Virus record (IMG/VR): IMGVR_UViG_3300006737_000127
Span: 1 to 28,966 of that record
Length of the DNA: 28,966 nucleotides
Source: a virus
Taxonomy: Duplodnaviria > Caudoviricetes
Strand: one strand, 5' to 3'
Under the pieces are notes generated by a model that did no database searches, was not told where the DNA came from, and saw only the letters and a list, made by a program, of their open reading frames with translations. The translations under genes and the position numbers were made by a program. Positions 1 through 8,582 of this stretch are shown piece by piece; within the stretch, counting starts at the first letter, position 1, and each line of letters starts with the position of its first letter.

Positions 1-1
1 A

Positions 2-3000
2 ATGCTGGGCTTCTCACCTTACGGTGGTAGTATGGGGTGTGCAAACGCACTGGGTCACATCCCTCACATTTCACCCATGCCCAACAGCCCCGAAAGTGCT
101 GTGCCTGACGACGGCAGTTCATCGCTCGCTAACTTCCCACCAAACAACGGTGATACCTCACCATTCCAAAACACTGATGGGGCGTTGTCTTCTTACACGC
201 TCGGATTTGTTGAAGCGAGTGGTTTCCATTCAGCACCCTTGCCCAACACGGAAGACGAGTTGCAGAAAGAATTGCTTAGCGCACAAGGTGTGTACAGTCG
301 CGCCCTGCTTGTTGTGGCTCACGAATCGGAACTGGCCCTTATCGCAAAGACTGACCGAGACGGTATCAAGGCAACTGGAGATTGGTTGCGATTGAGCGAC
401 GCATCATCGTTAGTGCTCGGTGGTACAACTCGTTGGGACGAGCGCATCCACGGTCAAGACCGATTCACTGCTACTGCCAACGCTGGTCCGAATGTTGAGG
501 CGCTTATTGCTGATACCACTGCGCTACCTCAAGTTGCTAATTACGCAGCCCCAAACGCACTTGACGCATCGCCGTTTAACGCACCACTCTTTTTCCATGA
601 TGTACCATCGGCTGACACCGCTTTGTCTAACAGTGAACCGTGCAAATCAAAAACTGGTGATTTGTTTTACGACCCGTCCCACAGTATTGGCTCCCACTTC
701 TCCGGTCAATTCACTGCTGAACGCAACATCAACAACGATTACTACTCAGCATCATCTACTGACCCATCTCAGTACCTCGGTGGCACTCAACAGCGTAACA
801 CATTTTGGGTTGGTGATGTCAACGCTTACGATTTAAATCTCAAAGCACCACATCAAAATTTCAACGCTGAGCATGTTGTGTGGAAGCGTATGGACGGTGG
901 TAGTTTGTCGCTACCACGCATGGATGCACGGGGTATGGGTGCTGTGCCTTGGGTTAGCCGTACCAGTGGAGCAGTTGTGGGTGGCGCAGTGGGCAACGGC
1001 TACACACTTGGTGAGAAGTTGTACGGCAACATCCGCTTTTCATTTGAAACAACCAACTCAGCCATGATGCCTGTATTACAAGCACAAGAACTCGCACACC
1101 CACAACTGGCTGAGGAGCATACCAGTGAACTCAAGAATGTGTTGATTATTCCCAATGAAGAGTTGCAGTTTGAAGACATGGAAGTTGTTGACGATACAGG
1201 TCAAGTCCACACAATAGAAGGTGGCTCGCCTCTTGGTGTTATCATTCGTGCTTACCGACCAACTGGTGAGCGAAACGCAGAAGGTTTGTCGCCTTCAATC
1301 GCTAACACTTCGTTGTCGCCAAACTTAGAAATCCGCTTACCCGACCCCGAATCAATCCCCGGCAACATCCTCATCCGTAGCGGCTTTGACCGTTTGCAGG
1401 CATATCAAAACGAAACCATGGGTGATGGTGGTATGATTCATCCCGACCTTGGCGCATCTCATCTCGGACACTTGTTTGACAATGTGGTGAAAGGCCCACG
1501 CTACGGCCCAACAATGAACGAGAGCGGTTGGGAGCACATTGACTCCAATACCTATGACAGCACAAAAGACGGTTGGGCTGCTACTACCAACAACAGTCCG
1601 CTCAAGTCTTCGTACGAGCAACACGACCGAGCACTTTACTTCCACATTACCAAAATGGGACACAGCCACAGCGAGCGATACCCTGTGGTTTACACCCACA
1701 CTAACGGTGTAGAGAATCAAACACTGACTCTTTCGTCGTATGCTGGCGGCAATATCACTGCATCGGCTACTATCAACACCCGTGTGTTTGACGCTGGCTA
1801 CGGTACGAAAGAGGTCAGCGACAGCCGCCGCTTCCTTCGTCTTTCTACACCCACTGATAGCGTAGTTGTTTCTTACACTTCAATTGGCACTGGAGGAGAA
1901 GTCAATTTGTTTAAAGGTGTAATTGGTGATGCTGACTTTGACCAATTCTTGACCGACAATTCAGCAGCGACAATCAACATCTCTCCGTCCTACTACATCC
2001 CTGCTGGTAGCACTCGCTTCTTTGCTGCACGGCGGCTGCGAGACCATGCTGAGGTTAGCGGCAACAGCCCCGACATGCCGCACACTCACTACTTAGATGG
2101 AACAGCAAATGATATTGTACTGACTCGCTATCAAAAACCACAACTTACTCCTATGCCGATGCCACGCATGGGTCATCACTTTGTCAACGCTACCATGCCG
2201 ATGTTGCCCGGACATTGGGCACATCCAGCCTACCAAGGTTTGTACAACAAACATGAAGCACAGCGTTTAGCAAACAAACAAGAAGCGGACATGACATATT
2301 TCCTTGAGAACACGAGCAATACGGAGAGTAGAGTAACTACAACAGTCGCTGACCGCTTGCACCCACTCAACCCACAAGTGCGCATCAGCAGCCTCACCGC
2401 TACACCAAGTGGACCAAGTGACATACATGGTGGTGGATTTACATTGATGTTTGAAACTAAAATTAGGTATGATGGCTACGGTGTTCTCGCATCTAAAGGT
2501 AGTGCTGGTACTATCAACAAAGCAGGTGGACACTCAATCGTGCTTGAGGCTGGTGCAAATTACACACAAGATGGGCATTTCCCCGACCCAGCAGAAGTCG
2601 GTGCTTATCAAATTGTCATTCAACCAAATACACGCAAACAACAAATTGCTGGTTTTCATGCAAATCACGGTACTGCATCATCACTACCCGACGGTAGTGC
2701 AGTTGAATTGACAGGGCAACAAGTGAACCTCGTTGTAGGTATCAAGTACGACAGTGAGCGAGGCACTGCCATTGGTGGCGCTACACTGATTCTCGCTGAG
2801 GCTACACTGGCAGATGTACGAGGTTGTGAAATTTTCATCAACGAAGTGATTCTTGACCATGAGCCCGACCATGGTAGTCAATTGACAAACATACCACCGA
2901 TGCTGCTCTATAACGCATTGGGTGTACAAGGCAGCGAATCACCTGCTTTTACCCGTCGCACTCAAGCATACCATGTTGGAATGTTTGATGACTCTACACC

Positions 3001-6000
3001 GGGACACACGCTGCACATTCCTTGGTGGAGTATTTTTCACAAAGTAGCACCAAGCGATTCTACTGCTAATGGTTTCCGACACTTAGCGATTTATCGCATT
3101 GACAATTACTATGAGTTCTGTCGCGCCAACGCCGGTTGCATAGGCGCTCAATTGACGCTATCGGGCTATCCTTCTGTTAGTCCCGACATTTACTCAAAAG
3201 TCATGGCTAACATCTCTCTCACACCCACTGCAACAGTTGTAGCGGGTAGCAGTTCGGGAACATTTGTCAAGGTTGACGACTGTTCACAATTCCCCGAAAA
3301 ACCATCTTATGGTGAAGTTTTGTTGTACACTGATATTAACGGAGTACAGCAAAGTCTCTCTTATACGGAAAGAGTAGGTATCACAACATCGGGCAGCGGT
3401 ACAGCCAATCTAAGTGACCGTTTCCTTACAAGTGGTACTGTACCATCTACAGGTACAGTGTTGCGTCTTAGCCGACCGTACAGCGCTGCATCAAGAGCAG
3501 ATTTGTTCACCAAATCAAAGAGTAGCATATTAGCGCAAAACACAGATTACTTCTTGCCAGCGGGCACGCAAGACACTAACAGTATGTACACACCCGATGC
3601 TTTCCTATGTGCTTGGCATCCCAACCTTGGACGACCACACACCTTCTACTCCGATTCATCTCGTACATGGGGGAATCTCACAAGCGACCGTGCTGTTGAC
3701 AAGGCTGCGTACAACAGCATGCCCGAGCACTTTGAGACCATTCATTATCACGATGTCAACTACGCTGCGAGTCATGGTCCGTTTACTATGAACTTCAACA
3801 CACCCGAACCACCTCGTATTCTGTCGGGTACTTACAATTCCCGTGTACCCGGTACACCCGCTGTGATTATTCTTAACGCCGATGTCGCAAGCGATGGCGT
3901 AACGACAACAGATTACTTGTTTGCTGATGGACGAGTTATTGGTAAATTCGCAAGCGTGAGTGGAACCCGAATTACTTTGACCGGTGACATGTTATATACT
4001 CCCGCCGCTGGAGCGACTGTTTATTTCCGTGCAAGTGGGGATGTTGTGTTAGGTGGTGCTATCCATGGTATGAGTGGCTACGAAGCGCAAGGTAGCAACA
4101 GCGCTATGCTCACACACTTTTGGCCTTGTGGTAGCCGTGGTGGCCCGTTGGTCAGCCGTCTTGATGGGTACGCAGCATGGGCTGCTGCATGGCATGTACC
4201 ACAAGCCTACAGTGAAAACGCAGCCACTTATTGGGTTGACAGCGGTGATGGTGGTTCTTACAACGCTGCTACTGGTATTGGGACGGCTGCTGCAAGTAGC
4301 ATCACAAGTAGGCCCTATCCGTTTGGCTATCGCTTTGGTTTGCGTCAACCGTGGAACCGACCGCAGTGGGGGCACTACGGCATGCGAGCATATCAAGAAT
4401 ACAGTGTGTTCAGCAGCGCAACCAACATCACTGTTGGGTACAAGGCTGGTCCATTGACTGAATACGAAACGCAGGCTTGGAACTACGCTGGTGGTAGTGG
4501 GACAAACAGCACACTACCTGTGACCTATGTGGGTATCATGGAACGGCAAACCAACTTCAGCGGTATGCTTGGTCCCGATAAACCCGAATGGCAAGTGCGC
4601 TACAGCGATGGTGTGCGTATGACTCGTGCGTTTGGTTGTCCAGTGCGTACCATTCGCAATCACGCTGCATCACCTCGTGATTGGTGGGGAGACCACGCTG
4701 GTTTAGCAGTGCTCAACATTGACGATGCGGTAGCGTACTACCTCGTTGATTGGTGGGGTAACACCCGTGGTGAGGATGTACGCCGAGCACCTGTACGCTC
4801 CTTTGGTATTCGCCCTGCTTGGGATGCGGGCGACGCTTACGAATACGACCGTACTAACGGCAAAACGCCCTACGCTCGTTTGTACAATAGTGGTAAATCA
4901 ATTGTCAACTTGAAGGGCATCATTGATTCAAGCGGTGATGTGTTGTCAAGCCCAAGCGCTGTTATTCCACGCTTTGGTGGGCGGCTTAACGACGATAACA
5001 ACAACAACGGAGACATCCTCGTTGATGTGTTCGCACCTGTCAACCCGTTGCGTGTAGGCGACATGGCTGGGCGTGGTGTGCGTTATCCAACACAGTTCAA
5101 CGAGGACATCCTTACTGAACTCAGCGCTGTGTACGAAGGGTCGGGTATCGTGTTGTCGCATAACACCGCTGAGCCTACATTTGGCAAAGGTATGCTACGA
5201 CCACGCAACGATGTAAAGCAACCCGATGAAGTCAACCGTGGTCTTAGCGCTCGCTTGGAGATTGCAGAAGACGGACTACTCAAGTCCGACGCAGTGGTCA
5301 GCGACCGTGTAGAAAGCATCAGTGGTACAAGTGTACACAAGGATGCAGTGTCCCGTTCAAGTCCTCGTATTGGTGTTGATGCTGACATTTTGGAGATGAA
5401 AACTAAAGGCATTAACAAAGACATGGTGGCTATCAATACAGAAGCGCACAGCCTACACACCGACCGTGGCGTTGGTCAACGAACTGTGTTGCATGGTGGT
5501 ATGCAAGCAGGTTCGCAAACACTTGGCGACTACGACCTCACCAGCCTATCGTTTGCAGCGCAACCTCACGGTGGCGTCATGCGTTTCTCTCACACCAGCA
5601 ACATGAAGCCGCTTGGCGGCACCTATGTTTTGGAGGCTCGCTCATTCGTTAATCCGTTTGACGATACTGGGTGGGGGCGAGGTGGTGTCACTGGTGTGCA
5701 AAAGACGAGCAACCCATACGAAAACACCACTTACAGCAGTGCAAATCAAACCAACTACACTGACACCACTGTGCGATTCTTGTTGCGACCTGTACGATTG
5801 TTGGACAACCAACACATTGAGGTGTTCCGTTCGCAACTCAACTTGCACTCGTCAAGCCCACAGTACGGCAGCACTTTCTTCACTGCAACTGCTGGTGGTA
5901 AATACGGTCTGTTCACTTACGAAACAGCCAGCGGCAGGGCCAGCACAGGCTCGTACATGCGCTCTACAAATCCAAACAGCAACGCTCCGTACCAACCGGT

Positions 6001-6283
6001 GTACTTGATGGAAACCAGCAGTGATACTGTACCAACAGCAAAGGGCCCGAAACTACCCGGCACTGAGGCTACAGGCTTTGACAAAGACTCGCTCAAGAGC
6101 ACAGTCACTCGTTTGCTCATCAGTGAGAACACACTACAGCATTATCGCAGCGACGCACCTCGCAACACAGGTGTAGCGAAGGACTTCAGCGTGAAGCCAC
6201 GGTTTAGTCAATCGTTGCATAGCAAGGGACATAAGGAGGATGTGACCTACAACACATCGGACCACAGTGGTGATGCGACATGA
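2..6283 (+). CDS. Very large virion structural protein (tail/baseplate-associated), probably 5'-truncated by the window edge
   Basis: 2093-aa open frame running from the window edge, rich in G/S/T/N and beta-type sequence, with no enzyme motifs. It lies upstream of tail genes. Function is inferred from context only. Confidence 0.6.
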   Translation: MLGFSPYGGSMGCANALGHIPHISPMPNSPESAVPDDGSSSLANFPPNNGDTSPFQNTDGALSSYTLGFVEASGFHSAPLPNTEDELQKELLSAQGVYSRALLVVAHESELALIAKTDRDGIKATGDWLRLSDASSLVLGGTTRWDERIHGQDRFTATANAGPNVEALIADTTALPQVANYAAPNALDASPFNAPLFFHDVPSADTALSNSEPCKSKTGDLFYDPSHSIGSHFSGQFTAERNINNDYYSASSTDPSQYLGGTQQRNTFWVGDVNAYDLNLKAPHQNFNAEHVVWKRMDGGSLSLPRMDARGMGAVPWVSRTSGAVVGGAVGNGYTLGEKLYGNIRFSFETTNSAMMPVLQAQELAHPQLAEEHTSELKNVLIIPNEELQFEDMEVVDDTGQVHTIEGGSPLGVIIRAYRPTGERNAEGLSPSIANTSLSPNLEIRLPDPESIPGNILIRSGFDRLQAYQNETMGDGGMIHPDLGASHLGHLFDNVVKGPRYGPTMNESGWEHIDSNTYDSTKDGWAATTNNSPLKSSYEQHDRALYFHITKMGHSHSERYPVVYTHTNGVENQTLTLSSYAGGNITASATINTRVFDAGYGTKEVSDSRRFLRLSTPTDSVVVSYTSIGTGGEVNLFKGVIGDADFDQFLTDNSAATINISPSYYIPAGSTRFFAARRLRDHAEVSGNSPDMPHTHYLDGTANDIVLTRYQKPQLTPMPMPRMGHHFVNATMPMLPGHWAHPAYQGLYNKHEAQRLANKQEADMTYFLENTSNTESRVTTTVADRLHPLNPQVRISSLTATPSGPSDIHGGGFTLMFETKIRYDGYGVLASKGSAGTINKAGGHSIVLEAGANYTQDGHFPDPAEVGAYQIVIQPNTRKQQIAGFHANHGTASSLPDGSAVELTGQQVNLVVGIKYDSERGTAIGGATLILAEATLADVRGCEIFINEVILDHEPDHGSQLTNIPPMLLYNALGVQGSESPAFTRRTQAYHVGMFDDSTPGHTLHIPWWSIFHKVAPSDSTANGFRHLAIYRIDNYYEFCRANAGCIGAQLTLSGYPSVSPDIYSKVMANISLTPTATVVAGSSSGTFVKVDDCSQFPEKPSYGEVLLYTDINGVQQSLSYTERVGITTSGSGTANLSDRFLTSGTVPSTGTVLRLSRPYSAASRADLFTKSKSSILAQNTDYFLPAGTQDTNSMYTPDAFLCAWHPNLGRPHTFYSDSSRTWGNLTSDRAVDKAAYNSMPEHFETIHYHDVNYAASHGPFTMNFNTPEPPRILSGTYNSRVPGTPAVIILNADVASDGVTTTDYLFADGRVIGKFASVSGTRITLTGDMLYTPAAGATVYFRASGDVVLGGAIHGMSGYEAQGSNSAMLTHFWPCGSRGGPLVSRLDGYAAWAAAWHVPQAYSENAATYWVDSGDGGSYNAATGIGTAAASSITSRPYPFGYRFGLRQPWNRPQWGHYGMRAYQEYSVFSSATNITVGYKAGPLTEYETQAWNYAGGSGTNSTLPVTYVGIMERQTNFSGMLGPDKPEWQVRYSDGVRMTRAFGCPVRTIRNHAASPRDWWGDHAGLAVLNIDDAVAYYLVDWWGNTRGEDVRRAPVRSFGIRPAWDAGDAYEYDRTNGKTPYARLYNSGKSIVNLKGIIDSSGDVLSSPSAVIPRFGGRLNDDNNNNGDILVDVFAPVNPLRVGDMAGRGVRYPTQFNEDILTELSAVYEGSGIVLSHNTAEPTFGKGMLRPRNDVKQPDEVNRGLSARLEIAEDGLLKSDAVVSDRVESISGTSVHKDAVSRSSPRIGVDADILEMKTKGINKDMVAINTEAHSLHTDRGVGQRTVLHGGMQAGSQTLGDYDLTSLSFAAQPHGGVMRFSHTSNMKPLGGTYVLEARSFVNPFDDTGWGRGGVTGVQKTSNPYENTTYSSANQTNYTDTTVRFLLRPVRLLDNQHIEVFRSQLNLHSSSPQYGSTFFTATAGGKYGLFTYETASGRASTGSYMRSTNPNSNAPYQPVYLMETSSDTVPTAKGPKLPGTEATGFDKDSLKSTVTRLLISENTLQHYRSDAPRNTGVAKDFSVKPRFSQSLHSKGHKEDVTYNTSDHSGDAT

Positions 6284-6815
6284 GGGCTTTTGACGCAGCA
6301 TGGCAGTTGCTCAAGGCTTCACGGCAAATGAAGTTGTACAACTACATAGAAGACTACCCCGGTAAAGAGCCTGTTACCGCCTATCGGGGCGTGCCGTTTC
6401 CTTCTACCAAACCGATGAGTCCAACGATGTGGGATGAGAGCAGTAAGAGCACTCGCAAGAACACCCCATTCAACAATGAGGGGATAAAGGGCACATACTG
6501 GGCTACGGACGGGCCTGAGCCTCACGCTACGGCTTCGTGGTTCGGAAGCAATTTTTACAACCACCCTCTTTGGAACGGTGTGGTGCTCGGTCATAGAGGG
6601 TCTTTGGAAAACATCGGTGAGGTTCAACGCCGTAGTGGTGAGTGGAACCCGACCAATGATGCCTACATGAATGAAGCGTTTGTTGCTCACAATGAGCCTA
6701 TAGATTGGGAAAACATTGTCATGACCCGACCTTCTAAAAGCGTGACTGAAGACATGACTGAAGACGAACACGATGCTTGGATTAACGAGCAGAAAAGAAT
6801 GTTGAGTGGTGATGC
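6266..6815 (+). repeat. 11-bp direct repeat AGTGGTGATGC (6266-6276 and 6805-6815) flanking the 179-aa gene; contains the GGTGA ribosome-binding site
   Basis: Seen directly. The upstream protein ends ...SGDAT* and the 179-aa protein ends ...SGDA*. Confidence 0.7.
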
Positions 6816-6819
6816 TTGA
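6280..6819 (+). CDS. Putative ADP-ribosyltransferase-fold protein with N-terminal amphipathic leader and PIP-box-like motif
   Basis: Motifs appear in ART order: TAYRG (R36), GTYWATD, ATASWF helix, NEAFV (E132), then PIDWENI. QMKLYNY (16-22) matches QxxLxxY. SD GGTGA and an ATGA overlap support a real gene. Confidence 0.5.
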   Translation: MRAFDAAWQLLKASRQMKLYNYIEDYPGKEPVTAYRGVPFPSTKPMSPTMWDESSKSTRKNTPFNNEGIKGTYWATDGPEPHATASWFGSNFYNHPLWNGVVLGHRGSLENIGEVQRRSGEWNPTNDAYMNEAFVAHNEPIDWENIVMTRPSKSVTEDMTEDEHDAWINEQKRMLSGDA

Positions 6820-8237
6820 TGCCTCAACTCGCACAACAACGACTGACTGGCGACAGCGATGTTGTCATGAAGCAAGTGCGCAAGCCGCACTTTGTTGACA
6901 ACGCTGTTCACCTTGGCGAAATCAACATGCAAAGTAGCACCAAACAACAAGTCACTGTGCGTAAGCGCAAGCAAGCAACTTACGCCGTGGCAACGGAACG
7001 AACCTACTCAATCAACGAACTAAAAGACGCTGTAGTGTTGAAGCACACAGGTGCTGCTGGGCACAACTCCGACACAGCGGTGTTTTACGCCGGTCATAAA
7101 CTCACAGGCGATGCCGCTTTAAATACACCGCCGATTTTGTACGCTGCTGAAAATCCGTCGGAACGCATGACCGTGAGCGATGTTTCTACTGGAAACGAAG
7201 GTACGACATTCTCAGTACGAAACATGCAAAACCGCTCGTTTCAAGAGATTGGCTTCAACTCCACACGAGGTCATTTGGGACAACAAGTGGACATCGGGCT
7301 GCGTACAACAGACATGGCTATGCGATTGGCAAAGGACCTTGGTGATTCGTTCACCTCGGTTAGCCTCGCTCTCCCCCTGTCGCCTACACGAGCCAATGCT
7401 GACCGTCGTAAGCAAAGCAGCACCTTTGTTGCTACTGACTTCTACGGTGTCAACCTTGTTTCAGCACTACGCTTCCTTGGTCGCCACGATAATCACATTG
7501 TGTACTTTGACCGCTTCGGCAGTTTGCTCTATGTACCGTTTAACTTTGGCGAGGCTGGGCGATTTGTGGATGCAAATACCCGTGCTGGACCAGCAGGTAC
7601 AAACCCAATTGACAACACAGCGAATGTCATTGTTGTACAAGGCAAGGCGTCTTCTCTCAACAACGCTGCTTATGCTAAGGTCAGCGACGCTGAGCGGCAA
7701 AGCGGGCGTGGCGGCGATGTGCAAGAAGAACCACAGGTTGTTGAGGACTTTAGCGTCTCTACCAACGAAGGCGCACGACGAGTCGCACGAAGCATCCTCA
7801 AAGCCAACAACCTGCTTAGCGGTAGTAAAACGAGTTCGGGACACCCACAGTCATGGGATTTGCGACCGGGTAAGGTCATTGAGTACGAGGGCGTCAAGCG
7901 TATTTTGACTGAGGTAAAACACCAGTTGGAATCCAACACAGCCGACCTTGTGTTCTTGACGGTTGACACCGGTATTGAAGGCATACTGCAAGGTATTGTT
8001 GAGGGTAGCAAACCCACAGGTACTGTGCCCGATAATGTACAACAAATCGTTGAAGCCAACTTGTCTCTCTTTGCTGACCTACAAATCAAAAGCAGTGTAC
8101 TTGTCTCCATACAGGGTCATGGTACAAGCGGCTTCATCATCGGTAGAGCCATGAACAGGGGCGCGTTGGGTAGTAGTAGCAGCGAAGAGACATTGGGTGG
8201 TAGCAAAACACCTGTCGTAGTTATGAGGGGAGATTGA
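6819..8237 (+). CDS. Putative baseplate hub/tail protein (472 aa)
   Basis: ATG at 6819 overlaps the upstream TGA, with SD GGTGA. 'YFDRFGSLLYVP', 'NVIVVQG' and 'DLRPGKVIEY...ILTEVKH' resemble phage hub/late-control-D-like proteins. Tail-module context. Confidence 0.5.
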   Translation: MPQLAQQRLTGDSDVVMKQVRKPHFVDNAVHLGEINMQSSTKQQVTVRKRKQATYAVATERTYSINELKDAVVLKHTGAAGHNSDTAVFYAGHKLTGDAALNTPPILYAAENPSERMTVSDVSTGNEGTTFSVRNMQNRSFQEIGFNSTRGHLGQQVDIGLRTTDMAMRLAKDLGDSFTSVSLALPLSPTRANADRRKQSSTFVATDFYGVNLVSALRFLGRHDNHIVYFDRFGSLLYVPFNFGEAGRFVDANTRAGPAGTNPIDNTANVIVVQGKASSLNNAAYAKVSDAERQSGRGGDVQEEPQVVEDFSVSTNEGARRVARSILKANNLLSGSKTSSGHPQSWDLRPGKVIEYEGVKRILTEVKHQLESNTADLVFLTVDTGIEGILQGIVEGSKPTGTVPDNVQQIVEANLSLFADLQIKSSVLVSIQGHGTSGFIIGRAMNRGALGSSSSEETLGGSKTPVVVMRGD

Positions 8238-8581
8238 TGCCAGTTAGCGACCATTTGAAACGAGCCTTGCTTGATACCATCGTGTCAAACATCAATGAAA
8301 TGGTGATTGGTTTTGACGGCACACCATCCACAACAACCGATGGCGCTGCTGGTCGCCCCGCTATCGTGCTCAACCCGTCAGTGCGAATTGTTGACCAAAA
8401 CACTGTCTTGGTAGAAGGTTTCATACCAGCGAGCGAAGCGTTTGATGAAACGCTGAAAGAGGTGTTTGTGCAGTTGCGGGGAACTTCTTCATTCACACCA
8501 ATTGCACGACATACCATCGCTCCCGTTATCAAAACAACCAGCAACGAAATACGCATTCAATTGCTTATTGAGGTGAAATAG
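8237..8581 (+). CDS. Small tail/baseplate protein (tail-collar/fibre-attachment-like, 114 aa)
   Basis: Pattern 'MVIGFDGT..TTTD...EAFDETLKEV...ARHTIAPVIKT...IRIQLLI' is typical of small phage baseplate/fibre N-terminal domains. TGATG overlap with the upstream gene. Confidence 0.55.
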   Translation: MPVSDHLKRALLDTIVSNINEMVIGFDGTPSTTTDGAAGRPAIVLNPSVRIVDQNTVLVEGFIPASEAFDETLKEVFVQLRGTSSFTPIARHTIAPVIKTTSNEIRIQLLIEVK

Positions 8582-8582
8582 A

